NCBI GenBank assembly: GCA_023409955.1 | Contig: JAEYQQ010000131.1 | Span: forward strand, 2,853 to 66,852 | DNA length: 64,000 nt | From: Bacillota bacterium | GTDB lineage: Bacteria; Bacillota; Clostridia; Christensenellales; Aristaeellaceae | Reading direction: 5' to 3' | In this document: in pieces, positions 42,323-52,926 of the stretch | Layout: each line of letters begins with the position of its first letter | Position numbering within the stretch: position 1 is the first letter of the stretch | The notes under the pieces: model-generated | What the model was told of the DNA's origin: nothing | Databases searched by the model: none | What the model saw: the letters and a program-made list of their open reading frames with translations, nothing else | Translations under genes and position numbers: made by a program

Positions 42323-44413
42323 ATCACCGATTTCCTGACCCATGGCCAACATGGCGCTGCGAAGGCCATTGACAATGCGCATCTTTTCTTCGGTAGGCTG
42401 GTTCTCCGGATCGTATTCAATGCATTTGCCAAAGGTGATAACGCGCTTATCCTGGCTGGCATATACGGGCACAAAAATGGCCTTTTTGCCAGTTTTGCTG
42501 TAATACAAGGGAGCCAGCATGGCAAAGCCTGAAAAGAATTCGCCTATCCCCCGGCGCAGGTATCCCGGTTTGCCAAGACTGGGTGCATCCGGGTCTTCTG
42601 GAAAGATGAGCAGGTTATCCTCCGCCTGCATGGCCTCCACCGAAAGGCGGAAGGTGGTCATCAGCTCCCGCGGCTTGTGGCGGTAAACAGGAATACTCTC
42701 GATGGAATGCATGGTCCAAATAAACAGCGGCGCCAGCATGCGGGATAAGGGCATCTTTAGCTTCTCCGGCAGCCACTTTTGCCGTTTGAAGGTGAATTTG
42801 TAGCAATATTCGGTGACGTTTTCCAGGTTATCCATCATGTCACTGATGGTCCAGGGACGGAAGGAAAAGGGGATATACAGGTTGGTTACCACAGGGCCGT
42901 ACAGCTCGCCATGATTACAGACAAAAATCAGCTTTCCATCTGCATTGGCTGGCACATTTTCCCGGCCTTTTAGTTTGTGGTAGTAGAGGGGACGCAGAAA
43001 AAACATAATGATCTTGATACCAAAGCGGCGGGGATGGCGGCGTATGACCACCGTTTCCAGCTGCTTTTTCATGGGTACGTTTTCTTCGCCTTCTGTCTGC
43101 AACTGTAAAAAGCGCCTAAGCTTTTTAAAGTGCCGTTTTGTCAGCGGAAACTTCAAAACACTAAGCATCGCACCAAACACCAGAAGAAGGGCCGGGACCA
43201 CCAGTATGGGCCTGAAGCTTCTGATAAGGCTGTCAGCATCCCTGGGCAGGTTAAAATCATTAACATTAACAAGGCATAAAAAGGTCAACAGCAAAAGGGC
43301 AAGCATCTGTCCAAGGAGCACAGCGGCTTCCCGGACGGCATTGCGGATGACAGGGTATTTGCTCAAATCTTCACCGGAACCAAACTGAGCAACCCTGTAC
43401 ATATCACGTTCCATGCCTGCAAGGCAGGTGGTGCTGATGGAGGCGCCGGCCGAGCACATGGCCAGCGAAAGGTAAGCACTGATATAGCGTAAATTGCCCG
43501 CCAGCTGCTGAGAAAAGAGAATGAGACCATACAGCCAGCAGCACAGACCCACCAGCAGCAAATAAGCAGGATCAGGGTCCTGCCTTTTGGTATGTGTGAG
43601 AATAAAGTCCGTCAGCTCTCTGGCGGCCAGCGTGCATACCAGGGACAGCAGCATGCATGTGAGTATCTCTTGCGCGGAAGTGCCGATAAAGCTGTACGCC
43701 ATTACCAGTGTTACTTGTAAGGCCATAAGGATCAGGTTATGAAACAACTCATACCTGTTAAAGGCGTTTACCTTTTTAAGCCCCTGGGATAGTGAACGCA
43801 AAGCGTCTTCCAGATTGGGCTGGGGTTCGTATTGATGAAGCTGTTCCCTGTCTTTCCACAGGGAGTAGGCTTCCAGCACAGCACTGAGTAAAAATCCGCC
43901 GAACATTTGCCAGGCCGGCAGTGACTCTACGCTCCAAGTAAGCAGCAGCGCCACAACTATAGCGGGGACTGCATGACATATGCCTGTGAATAACAAAAAC
44001 TGCTTTTTGGTTAAGCGGTCGTTGACATATCTTCTCATAATGCGTCGGCATAATGTGCCGCGCATGGTGATGCCAAGGACAATGGCAAACAAAATCCACA
44101 CCGCCGGGTTCTCTAGGGTGATGGGATAGATCATTAACAGAAAAAAGTTGGACAGCAGCAGAATCGTCAGCATGACAGGGGCCAGCCAGCGGGCGCTCAG
44201 GCTGATATATGTTCTGGATTCTTCTGTATAACCACGGAAGAACACGGATGCTGACTGACCGCTCATAAACAAAGCGCCGCCAAAGATGGGCATGGAAACC
44301 AGGCTGTTGGACACCAGCATAGAATACATAAATGCATATAGATTGCTTAAAGACATCAGCGACATCATAGCGCTGCGTGTACGGGCAATGCTTGCGAATT
44401 TTTTGGTAAGCAA
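42317..44413 (-). CDS. large polytopic membrane protein with C-terminal PlsC-like acyltransferase domain
   Basis: about 700 aa (GTG 44419 or TTG 44413 after GAGGAGG); over 10 TM helices, then FVCNHGELYGPVV and LLIFPEDPD motifs. Confidence 0.7.
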   Translation of the reverse strand: MLTKKFASIARTRSAMMSLMSLSNLYAFMYSMLVSNSLVSMPIFGGALFMSGQSASVFFRGYTEESRTYISLSARWLAPVMLTILLLSNFFLLMIYPITLENPAVWILFAIVLGITMRGTLCRRIMRRYVNDRLTKKQFLLFTGICHAVPAIVVALLLTWSVESLPAWQMFGGFLLSAVLEAYSLWKDREQLHQYEPQPNLEDALRSLSQGLKKVNAFNRYELFHNLILMALQVTLVMAYSFIGTSAQEILTCMLLSLVCTLAARELTDFILTHTKRQDPDPAYLLLVGLCCWLYGLILFSQQLAGNLRYISAYLSLAMCSAGASISTTCLAGMERDMYRVAQFGSGEDLSKYPVIRNAVREAAVLLGQMLALLLLTFLCLVNVNDFNLPRDADSLIRSFRPILVVPALLLVFGAMLSVLKFPLTKRHFKKLRRFLQLQTEGEENVPMKKQLETVVIRRHPRRFGIKIIMFFLRPLYYHKLKGRENVPANADGKLIFVCNHGELYGPVVTNLYIPFSFRPWTISDMMDNLENVTEYCYKFTFKRQKWLPEKLKMPLSRMLAPLFIWTMHSIESIPVYRHKPRELMTTFRLSVEAMQAEDNLLIFPEDPDAPSLGKPGYLRRGIGEFFSGFAMLAPLYYSKTGKKAIFVPVYASQDKRVITFGKCIEYDPENQPTEEKMRIVNGLRSAMLAMGQEIGDL

Positions 44414-44603
44414 TCGCACAGCCTCCTCATAATTCGACAGATAACGCAGTGTTTATTGTAGCATAGGCATCGGGCAGGCGCAACCGCCCTACTTTTTATA
44501 CCTGTAAAGCTTACGGAAAAATGTATATCACAAATGACATCATAACGCCCACAGAAGCGGCTACTTAAAAGCATAAGCAATCATGTGTATGCTCAAGGTA
44601 ATT

Positions 44604-44633
44604 AAAAAAGGCTGCTGTTTCCAGCCGCCTTTT
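44604..44633. terminator. bidirectional-looking intrinsic terminator (serves lipoprotein gene on minus strand)
   Basis: AAAAAA-GGCTGCTG-tttc-CAGCCGCC-TTTT. Confidence 0.65.
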
Positions 44634-44651
44634 ACTGATGAAAAAATGCCA

Positions 44652-45449
44652 TTACTTGATCAGTTCCAATGTTTCTTTGATCTTTGCGTGAATCTTTAAG
44701 TAATCCGTATTGTAATTGGCAGGGTGTGACATATGCAGTATGTACAGCGTTTTGTCAATGCATGTTACATGTACCCGGCCTCGGACGATGGCTCCGTTTG
44801 CCAGTACGCCGCGGTAATCGGCATAAACCCCTTCTTTGTCAAGCAGATCCCTTTTTGCGGTGGCGGAGGGCCTGAAATCATCGGTATAGTTTGTGGAGCG
44901 GATGGTTGACAAAATACCCTTGACTTCATTCTCCATGTCGGCAATGGAATAAGTGCTGCTTACAGATGTTTTACGCAGGCTGATAAAAGCGGAGTAATTA
45001 TCCTTCTGCTCTTGCGCCGGTTCGTTGAGCACGATTGTATCTCCGGCAGACTCGTCGATGGTCCAGCCGGCAGGCCCTTCGAACTTCAGCCCAAGAGCGG
45101 TGGATTCAACCAATTCGTAATTGAAGGTCAGCTCAGAGCGGGGGGTAGGGGTAGGCATGTCGATGGGATCCAGCGGAAGGGGTGTTGCGCCTGCATAGAT
45201 ATACGATTCGGATGAAGCAACATACTGGGACTGCGGGGGCTGGTAATCGCCGATTCCCTCTTCATCCATGGGATTACCCTCATATTCACCGGTATCCCCC
45301 TGAGGGATATCAATTTGGTCCGTCGGTGGGGCTTGCACTTGGTTTTCAGGCTGTTTCGTAACTGTTGGAAAATACTGTGGTGAGGAGCAGCCAGACAAAA
45401 CGGCCAACAGCACACACAGTAGCAAAACCATGATGATTTTGCGCATCAT
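44652..45449 (-). CDS. lipoprotein, function unknown
   Basis: 265 aa; lipobox LLAVLSGCSS; no family recognised. Confidence 0.7.
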   Translation of the reverse strand: MMRKIIMVLLLCVLLAVLSGCSSPQYFPTVTKQPENQVQAPPTDQIDIPQGDTGEYEGNPMDEEGIGDYQPPQSQYVASSESYIYAGATPLPLDPIDMPTPTPRSELTFNYELVESTALGLKFEGPAGWTIDESAGDTIVLNEPAQEQKDNYSAFISLRKTSVSSTYSIADMENEVKGILSTIRSTNYTDDFRPSATAKRDLLDKEGVYADYRGVLANGAIVRGRVHVTCIDKTLYILHMSHPANYNTDYLKIHAKIKETLELIK

Positions 45450-45609
45450 TGTATTTCCTCCATCCGTTGCCTATTACATGCGTAATGGTGCATCAAATAT
45501 GATAACGAGTTATGAAAGCTGTTTATTCCCACATGAATGAACGCACTTGTATACGTAAAACGCCGCCTTCATTGTACCAGCAGATGAAAGCGACGTCAAC
45601 CGATACTTA

Positions 45610-46587
45610 TCATTTAAGCTCCCCGACACCCGTATCGCCATCCAGGTTGCTATATCTGGGATGATATACACGCCTGTCCAGGGACCAAATCTTCTCGCTA
45701 AATGCACCTTCTGGAACCCTATCCAATATGCCTTGCATCTCGTTCATGCGGGCATCCAGCAAATCGATCCAGTGCAGTGCCTCTGCCTCAGGGAACATGG
45801 GCCTGCGGGGGCTGCCGTACTCCGGCTCGCCGTGGTGGCTGATAATCATATGTTCCAGCAAGAGAACCAGTTCTCCATCTACCGAAACCCTGGAGGCAGC
45901 TTCCCTAAGCTGTGCCACCCCCCTAACCAAATGGCCTACCAGCAGGCCGTCAGCCGTATAGTCACTCACGTTGCCGAAGCTGTCACTGTCCATTTCGGAT
46001 ATTTTACCAAGATCGTGAAGGATTACCCCTGCCCGAACCAGGTCCCCATCCAGGAATGGATAGCATGCCAATACGGCATCTGCGGTGCGGAGCATGCTGG
46101 TTGTGTGGTGCAAAAGGCCGCTGCGCTCAGCATGATGAAGCCGCTGTGCGGCAGGGTAGTAGGACAGCTGTTCACCAGCCATTCGCAGCACTTCAGTCAG
46201 CAGTGCTTTCAGCGGTTCCCGGGTCATGCTGGCGATCACTTTTTGAAGCTCATCCTGCATTTCCTCCGGCGGGTTCGGGGCGCAGGGTGTAAGCAGGGAT
46301 ATATCCATATCATCTGAAGGCTCTGCAGGCCGCATTTTGTCCACACGCAGCTGAAGACGGCCATTGTATTCCAGCACCATGCCGCGGATTTTGATGGCTG
46401 TCCCTGTCTGGGGGGCGGGAGTGGTGCCATCCCACACCTTGGCATTGATTTCCCCGGATTTGTCGGCCAGGTTCATATCCAAATAGCGGCTGCCGCTGTT
46501 GGCTGTACGCTGCTCAGCGGAGCGAACCAGCAGGAAACCTTCAAACCGCATATCCTTGGAAAACTGGGAAACTGTCGTCTGCTCCAT
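45610..46587 (-). CDS. yhaM: 3'-5' exoribonuclease YhaM-like (OB fold plus HD domain)
   Basis: N-terminal OB fold (FLLVRSAEQRTANSGSRYLDMNLADKSGEINAKVWD), HHAERSGLLHHT, ILHDLGKI. Confidence 0.8.
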   Translation of the reverse strand: MEQTTVSQFSKDMRFEGFLLVRSAEQRTANSGSRYLDMNLADKSGEINAKVWDGTTPAPQTGTAIKIRGMVLEYNGRLQLRVDKMRPAEPSDDMDISLLTPCAPNPPEEMQDELQKVIASMTREPLKALLTEVLRMAGEQLSYYPAAQRLHHAERSGLLHHTTSMLRTADAVLACYPFLDGDLVRAGVILHDLGKISEMDSDSFGNVSDYTADGLLVGHLVRGVAQLREAASRVSVDGELVLLLEHMIISHHGEPEYGSPRRPMFPEAEALHWIDLLDARMNEMQGILDRVPEGAFSEKIWSLDRRVYHPRYSNLDGDTGVGELK

Positions 46588-46613
46588 AAGAGGGAGCCTC
46601 CTTTATTATTCCA

Positions 46614-47963
46614 TTAAAATGGCGCATCGCTCATGGGCATATCAGCATATGTGGCAAAGTCGCTTAGCCAGCTGACTTTTACAATACCCAGCGGGCCGTT
46701 ACGCTGCTTTTGCAGGATGATTTCGCCGGTGTTGTCTTCCTCACCGCTGTTGATATTATAATAACCTTCCCGGTGTATGAACATGACCACATCGGCATCC
46801 TGCTCGATGGAGCCTGAGTCTCTCAAGTCACTTAGCATGGGCCGTTTATCCTGCCGGCTGGCCAGGGCACGGGAAAGCTGAGCACAGGCAACAACAGGAA
46901 TCTTGAGCTCAAGGGCAATACCTTTGAGCTGCCTTGATATTTCGCTGACTTCCAACTGCCGGTTTTCCGATTTTTTATCGCTGCCCATCAACTGTAAGTA
47001 ATCCACCACAATCATGTCCAGGCCTTGGTCCATCATCAGACGGCGGCAGCGGCTGCGCATTTGGGAGGGGGTTAAGCCGGAGGTGTCGTCAATATACATG
47101 GGGGAGGCAGCGATAGGCCCCAGAACCTTGGCAAGCTTCATCCAGTCCTCATCTTTCAGAGTACCGGAGCGAACTTTTTGCATATTGACTCTGGCCTCAG
47201 AGCATAGCATACGCAAAACAATTTGATCTCGAGGCATTTCCAGGCTGAATACAGCAACTGTTTTATTGGCTTTAAAGCAGGCGTGCTGTGCAATGTTCAT
47301 GGCAAGGGCGGTTTTACCCATAGAGGGGCGGGCGCCAACCAGTATCAGTTCGCCGCCGTGCATGCCTGTAAGTAAGTTATCCAGTTGGGTAAAGCCTGTA
47401 GGGACGCCGTTGATCTGGCCCTTCAACCGGGCCATTTCCTCGATTTTTTCATAAGTGGTGGTGAGGATTTCATCCACACGCACCAGCGCGTCGCCGCCAG
47501 AGCGGCGCATGACGATATCGAAGATTGCTTTTTCAGCATGATTTAAAATATCCGGCACCGGGTCCTGCTGGGAATAGCTTTCTGCGCTGATCTGCTGGGA
47601 AGCGGTGATGAGCCTGCGCAGTGTGGATTTTTCTGAAACAATGGAGATATAGGCCTTGATATTGGCCGTTGTGGGTACGTACTGGGAAACTTCAATCAAA
47701 TATGCTGTGCCGCCGATGCCGTCCAATGTACCGCGCCGGCTCAGCTCGCTATCTACCGTTACCAAGTCTACTGGGCTGCCGGACATGTACAGCGTGCGCA
47801 TGGCAGAAAAAAGCTCCCGGTGGGTTGGAGCATAAAAATCCTCCGCCGTAAGCAATTCCGCCGACATCATAACCGCTGCGGAGTCCTGCATCATGGCACC
47901 CAGAACCGAGCGCTCGGCTTCCAGGCTGTGAGGGGGCACAGCCCTGGTCAAACCAGTTTCCAT
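46614..47963 (-). CDS. dnaB: replicative DNA helicase
   Basis: ATG 47963 with AGGAGG 8 nt upstream; PPHSLEAERSVLGAM, GARPSMGKTA Walker A, VVDYLQLM, SRQLKGIALEL. Confidence 0.95.
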   Translation of the reverse strand: METGLTRAVPPHSLEAERSVLGAMMQDSAAVMMSAELLTAEDFYAPTHRELFSAMRTLYMSGSPVDLVTVDSELSRRGTLDGIGGTAYLIEVSQYVPTTANIKAYISIVSEKSTLRRLITASQQISAESYSQQDPVPDILNHAEKAIFDIVMRRSGGDALVRVDEILTTTYEKIEEMARLKGQINGVPTGFTQLDNLLTGMHGGELILVGARPSMGKTALAMNIAQHACFKANKTVAVFSLEMPRDQIVLRMLCSEARVNMQKVRSGTLKDEDWMKLAKVLGPIAASPMYIDDTSGLTPSQMRSRCRRLMMDQGLDMIVVDYLQLMGSDKKSENRQLEVSEISRQLKGIALELKIPVVACAQLSRALASRQDKRPMLSDLRDSGSIEQDADVVMFIHREGYYNINSGEEDNTGEIILQKQRNGPLGIVKVSWLSDFATYADMPMSDAPF

Positions 47964-47984
47964 CCGCAAGTCCTCCTGGTGTTA

Positions 47985-48437
47985 TTACTTTTCGGAGGCA
48001 GTCACGTTCACCTTCATGGTGGTGGTGATGCCGGGGTAAACCCATACAGTCACTTCCACCTCGCCAACATGCCGGATGGGATCGGGCAGCTCGATTTTGC
48101 GCTTATCTACTGTAACGCCATGCTGCTGCTTCAAAGCGTCAGCAATTTCCTGTGAGGTGATACTGCCGTACAGGCGGCCTTTTTCGCCGGTCCTGGCGCT
48201 GATTTGAATGACTTTGCCCTGCATTAGGTGGGCTTTGGCCTGAGCTTCTGCACGCAGGGCAGCTTCCTTTTTCGCTTCGGCTTCACGCTTGCGTTCGATT
48301 TCCTTCATCGCGCTCGGTGTGGCCTCTACTGCCCATTTTCGGGGGAACAGATAGTTACGGGCGAACCCGTCGGATACGTTGATGATTTCATCCTTGACGC
48401 CGGAACCTTTAACATCCTGAAGCAAAATGACCTTCAT
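47985..48437 (-). CDS. rplI: 50S ribosomal protein L9
   Basis: [36 protein letters not shown]; 150 aa. Confidence 0.95.
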   Translation of the reverse strand: MKVILLQDVKGSGVKDEIINVSDGFARNYLFPRKWAVEATPSAMKEIERKREAEAKKEAALRAEAQAKAHLMQGKVIQISARTGEKGRLYGSITSQEIADALKQQHGVTVDKRKIELPDPIRHVGEVEVTVWVYPGITTTMKVNVTASEK

Positions 48438-48438
48438 G

Positions 48439-49626
48439 TCAAACTTCCTCCTTATTGTGTGTCTTTCTCAAGCCTCGTATATTGATAAATTGATCAGCAA
48501 TACCCATCAGTAAAAGCAACTGTGGGAAAGCAACATACAGCAAGCATATCCATACCCTTCTTAAGGAGGAATTCTTGCCGGTACGCAGTTGAAAAAAGTC
48601 TATCAACGCAGCCCCTTGAATGGTAAAAACAGTACTGAATGCGGCCGACATCATATTGCCTGCCAGCAGAAGCCAAGGATTGAAGGAGCCGGACATGATA
48701 GTGTTTGGATTGGTAAACAAAATGGGCAACATATAACCAAATCCCAAGAGCATAACCTTCCAACCTGCGCCTTTGGAAAGATGCCATGCAGAGAAAGGCA
48801 TCAAGGTGATAACGGGCTGCTTTTTACGCCTTAGGGCCGTGGCGGGGAATGCAACGCCAAAGGTACCCATGAGCAGGGATGTGTTTACGATGGCGGAAGG
48901 GATAAAGGAATACAAAGTGGTTTGCATAAGCCGCCGCAGACCGTTGAGCAGCTCGTTTCGCAATGGCTCTGAAAACAAGCTTGTGCTGACATTGGATACA
49001 AATGCGCTCATCCACTCCGGAGGAGTATCCCCATTGGAACGCAGCATGTTTTGCAGGTTGCTGACGATGCCGGCGGTTCCTCTGAGCAGGGTATCTTTTA
49101 GGGAAACGCTGTTTTCCAGCATTTCGGTGGGCACTGACAGCAAGCCCATTTGATATAGCTGCAGCAGAAACTGATCACCATAGGTAGACTGCGAAATTTG
49201 CTGCACCAGATACGCTGCGCCGCCGATGAACAAATCGCCGCCTAAGTATGGCCGGATAATGGTCAGGATCCCTGTGATGCTGATGGCCAGTACCGCCACA
49301 TGCATAGCCGCTGCCTGCCAAAAGGGAAGCTTACGGTAAAAGCAAAACGCATGTACGATGAGAAAGGGCCATAGGTACACCATGGTCAGTGTGGGGATCA
49401 ATAAATTGCCGGAAGTCAGCCATGCCGCAGCCGTTGTAAGCAATGCGCTGATTCCAAGGGGGATCAAGCCGCTTTGCACGCCAAAGTAAGCCAGCAATAT
49501 GGGGGATAAGAGGCATAAAGCTGCAAACAACGGTGGAATAAAAGAAAACACCCAAAGAACAAGCGCGTAGGCGATGAGCCATATAAGCGCTACCTTTGCG
49601 TTGCGCACCAGGGGATAATAAGCCAT
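48439..49626 (-). CDS. polytopic membrane protein, YybS/DUF2232-like by synteny
   Basis: 395 aa, about 10 TM helices, stop abuts rplI start; position upstream of rplI-dnaB matches yybS in Bacillus. Confidence 0.6.
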   Translation of the reverse strand: MAYYPLVRNAKVALIWLIAYALVLWVFSFIPPLFAALCLLSPILLAYFGVQSGLIPLGISALLTTAAAWLTSGNLLIPTLTMVYLWPFLIVHAFCFYRKLPFWQAAAMHVAVLAISITGILTIIRPYLGGDLFIGGAAYLVQQISQSTYGDQFLLQLYQMGLLSVPTEMLENSVSLKDTLLRGTAGIVSNLQNMLRSNGDTPPEWMSAFVSNVSTSLFSEPLRNELLNGLRRLMQTTLYSFIPSAIVNTSLLMGTFGVAFPATALRRKKQPVITLMPFSAWHLSKGAGWKVMLLGFGYMLPILFTNPNTIMSGSFNPWLLLAGNMMSAAFSTVFTIQGAALIDFFQLRTGKNSSLRRVWICLLYVAFPQLLLLMGIADQFINIRGLRKTHNKEEV

Positions 49627-49684
49627 GGGACAGCTCCTTTAACACATGGGCATGGCCCGCTTTGCATGGCCATGGATTCTATAT

Positions 49685-49713
49685 ATTGTAAAGCAAAATG
49701 CGGGGCGCGTCAA
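49685..49713 (-). promoter_or_regulatory. sigma-70-type promoter for yybS-like/rplI/dnaB operon
   Basis: minus strand TTGACG, 17 nt, TACAAT. Confidence 0.5.
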
Positions 49714-49837
49714 CGTTGAACGGATGCGGTATTGAAAAGTCCTTTGAACCAGATTTGCTGCCGGAAGGATATTACCATTTGCTATGATCTGGCATTCTCG
49801 GAAGCGGCATTCAAGGAGTGTATGTCCTGTATATTAT

Positions 49838-49868
49838 CAAAAAAGGAGTCCTCCCTTCAGGAAGGCTC
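49838..49868 (-). terminator. intrinsic terminator after GT-A-like gene
   Basis: minus strand GGAGCCTTCC-tgaag-GGAGGACTCC (8 of 10 pairs) then TTTTTT. Confidence 0.5.
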
Positions 49869-49899
49869 CAGATTATTGATTTGGATTTCTGGGTGATAA

Positions 49900-50745
49900 C
49901 TACTGATGAAGCAGCGTGTCATACTGATTCTTGAAATACTCCTTGTGCCACTGGCTTTGATGCAGCATGGTCAAATGCTTCAGACCCATTAAGCCGTATT
50001 GCTTGACCAATCCATTAAAATTGATGGCAGTATTCCCGCTCATCCCCAGCCTTTGCCCGGCAACAGCATGGTATACCACGGTATTGAAGTTGATCTTTGG
50101 GCGCCAGCCTCTGGCTGTTCCATAATAATAAAAATAGCCAAGGAGCATGCTGTCATCCTCAAAGCACTGCGGGCCTTTGAGATAATCGACTTGATATCCG
50201 CCTGTTTCCTTGAGAATATCGGAGACATGGATGCATGGATTGGTAAAGCCCTCTATTACGGTTTCCATCCTTAAGCTTTTGAGAAAGGTATTGAACCCGT
50301 CCAACGAACTGGGCAAAAAGGATGAGGTTTTTTGGATAAATGGCATCTGGCCTTGCTTGTCAATGATGCCGCTGCTGACCATGGGCTCCGGATTGCTTTG
50401 AAGGTATGCTACCAAAGGATCTTCCCATTGCTCTGGGAAAATCATGTCCAGATGCAGTTCACTGATATAGCTGCAGCCTAAGAAGGTGTTCCAAATATAC
50501 TGGAAGCAGCTTTGCCGCCCGGCGGCTGTGCCCACGTTGGTACCCTCGCCAATAATGTGTGTCTCCAAATTAAATGCGGATAAGAAAGCATTCAGCCGTT
50601 CATTGGTCCAGAAACCCTGGTTATAGACAACCACCGTAGTATACGTGCTTTTCTCCAGGGATTTAAGGCAGTCGGTGGCAAACGCTAGATCTTCTGTCAT
50701 CCGGTATTCCCGCAGCATAAATAGAAGCGTGTGTACCAGTTTCAT
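49900..50745 (-). CDS. GT-A fold (family 2-like) glycosyltransferase, divergent
   Basis: ATG 50745 forms an ATGA overlap with the pseB-like stop; VVVYNQG...GTNVGTAAGR and FEDDSML resemble GT2 nucleotide-binding and DxD regions. Confidence 0.55.
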   Translation of the reverse strand: MKLVHTLLFMLREYRMTEDLAFATDCLKSLEKSTYTTVVVYNQGFWTNERLNAFLSAFNLETHIIGEGTNVGTAAGRQSCFQYIWNTFLGCSYISELHLDMIFPEQWEDPLVAYLQSNPEPMVSSGIIDKQGQMPFIQKTSSFLPSSLDGFNTFLKSLRMETVIEGFTNPCIHVSDILKETGGYQVDYLKGPQCFEDDSMLLGYFYYYGTARGWRPKINFNTVVYHAVAGQRLGMSGNTAINFNGLVKQYGLMGLKHLTMLHQSQWHKEYFKNQYDTLLHQ

Positions 50746-51764
50746 TTTTCGTTCCACATCCTCAATTCCTCCGCTACATATTTGCAGCGTAGCAGCTTTT
50801 CGTTTAGCTCCTTCTGGCTTAGCTGATAGGTGTTGCTGGAAGTATATTCATCGACAGTGGATACGCTTTGACTTCCGTCGCTGATATACTTGGCGTAATT
50901 GAGGCCGCCTGCATCTGCTGGGATACGGAAGAACCCGCCCATGTCCTGGGCTGCTGCGCTTTCTTCCCGGTTTAAAAGCGTTTCATGCATCTTTTCCCCT
51001 AGCCTGATGCCCATGATATTTACTGGATTGTCGGCATGAAAAAGCTCTTTAAGGGCCTGGGCCAAATCACCCACTGTGCAGGCAGGTGACTTTTTCACCA
51101 TCAGATCACCGGAATGGGCATGGGTAAATGCAAAGATCACCAGATCGATGGCTTCTTCCAAATCCATTAAAAACCTGGTCATGTTTGGATCTGTAATGGT
51201 TAGGGGCTGACCGGACTTGATCTGGTTGATAAAGAGGGGAATCACCGAGCCTCTGGAGGCCATGACATTGCCATAGCGTGTACCGCAGATCAGGTTTTTG
51301 TACTCATCTACCGTTCTGGACTTGGCAACGACGATCTTTTCCATCAACGCTTTGGACATGCCCATGGCATTGATGGGATAGACGGCCTTGTCTGTGGAAA
51401 GGCAGACGATTTTTTTTACACCTTCTGCAATGGCAGCAGAAAGGACATTTTCTGACCCCAGTACGTTGGTCTTTACGGCTTCCAGCGGGAAAAACTCACA
51501 GTTGGGCACTTGCTTGAGTGCTGCTGCATGGAATATATAATCAACGCTGTACATGGCGTTTTTCAGACTGCTTAAATCTCTGACATCTCCAACGAAAAAC
51601 TTGATTTTTTCACTATTGTATTCTTTACGCATGTCATCCTGCTTTTTTTCATCCCGGGAGAAGATACGGATCTCTCCAATGCCGGTATGCAGAAAGCGCC
51701 GAAGGACGGCATTGCCAAAGGAGCCTGTGCCGCCTGTTATCAAAAGGGTTTTGTTATCAAACAT
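50742..51764 (-). CDS. UDP-GlcNAc 4,6-dehydratase (PseB/CapD/SpsM-like short-chain dehydratase)
   Basis: MFDNKTLLITGGTGSFGNAV, IFSRDEKKQ, FFVGDVRD, FHAAALKQVP; start 51764 or 51791. Confidence 0.85.
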   Translation of the reverse strand: MFDNKTLLITGGTGSFGNAVLRRFLHTGIGEIRIFSRDEKKQDDMRKEYNSEKIKFFVGDVRDLSSLKNAMYSVDYIFHAAALKQVPNCEFFPLEAVKTNVLGSENVLSAAIAEGVKKIVCLSTDKAVYPINAMGMSKALMEKIVVAKSRTVDEYKNLICGTRYGNVMASRGSVIPLFINQIKSGQPLTITDPNMTRFLMDLEEAIDLVIFAFTHAHSGDLMVKKSPACTVGDLAQALKELFHADNPVNIMGIRLGEKMHETLLNREESAAAQDMGGFFRIPADAGGLNYAKYISDGSQSVSTVDEYTSSNTYQLSQKELNEKLLRCKYVAEELRMWNEK

Positions 51765-51947
51765 TGGTATCAAACCTGCTTTCCTTTGCATGGGCCGGCG
51801 GTAAATTACTGCCGGCCTTTGTATATCCTATTCCAAAATGCAAAATTCGCCCGTTTGGGATTGCAGGCTGGATAACGCAAGTGCTAGACAATCATAAAAT
51901 ATAAGGAGTGGAAATGCATTTTGCTTTCTATGAAAGGATGAAAATCC

Positions 51948-52913
51948 ATGCTTGTGCTGCTTATTGGTGACATATTGTTTTCTTTGGATATGGCGTGGGG
52001 GTTTGAACAGCTGGGTCACAAAACTACAAGGGCAGACCCCCGGGATGTTACGCAGTGCAAGGAGACTGGTGCCCACCAGGAACCCGATCTAGTCATCACC
52101 ATGGGTTCTCCGTCCTATTTTGTACGTGAGACTTTGGCATATTTGCATGCCAGGCCGTATTCAAAAGCAAAGTATATCCATTGGGATACGGATGGCATTA
52201 CATGGAAGGACATTGAAATGAATCATATTCTGCTGATGAAGCCGGATATGGTATTCACCGTATGCCCGGAAATGCTTGACCTTTTGCGCATACAAGGCAT
52301 ACAAAGCCATCTGCTGCCATATGCATATTGCCCCCAAACGCACCATCCGGGTGCCGTACAGCCGGAGTTTTTCCATGCCATCAGCTTTACCGGAAGTGCC
52401 TATCCTCAAATTGTTGAAGTGCAGGCAGAGCATTACCGCCGCAAGTCACTGAATGTTTTATTCAAGCCGCTTCTCAATAATGGAATACGAATTGACCTGT
52501 ACGGTGATGATCGTCACGGGCAGGTGCTCAAAGCACTGTATGGAACGGATATTCCGGTGGAGTGGATTCACGGACAATGCCCTTATGAGAAGACATGGCA
52601 GATATACAGCGGCAGCAGCATTAATCTGGTTACGCAAAATCATGAGCATACCATCACCAAGCGAACTTTTGAAATTATGGGCTGCGGGGGATTGGCGCTG
52701 AGCTTAGGCAATACCGCTATTCGGGAAGCATTTTCGCCGGGCAGGGACCTTGTGGTATCATCCAGCCCTGAAGAAACGCTGGAGATGGTGAATGAACTGA
52801 TGAGAAACCCTGATAAGTGCACTGCCATACGGGCAAATGCACTGCTTCGTATGGGGGAGCATACCTACCGGCAGCGTGCTGAATATATCATCAGCCGGAT
52901 TTTTGCCGGCTGA
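51948..52913 (+). CDS. CgeB-family (DUF3880 plus GT1-like) protein, paralog 1
   Basis: 321 aa; YIHWDTDG, INLVTQNHEHTITKRTFEIMGCGG, VSSSPEETLEMV, EHTYRQRAEYI. Confidence 0.65.
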   Translation: MLVLLIGDILFSLDMAWGFEQLGHKTTRADPRDVTQCKETGAHQEPDLVITMGSPSYFVRETLAYLHARPYSKAKYIHWDTDGITWKDIEMNHILLMKPDMVFTVCPEMLDLLRIQGIQSHLLPYAYCPQTHHPGAVQPEFFHAISFTGSAYPQIVEVQAEHYRRKSLNVLFKPLLNNGIRIDLYGDDRHGQVLKALYGTDIPVEWIHGQCPYEKTWQIYSGSSINLVTQNHEHTITKRTFEIMGCGGLALSLGNTAIREAFSPGRDLVVSSSPEETLEMVNELMRNPDKCTAIRANALLRMGEHTYRQRAEYIISRIFAG

Positions 52914-52926
52914 TGAGTGGAATGAT

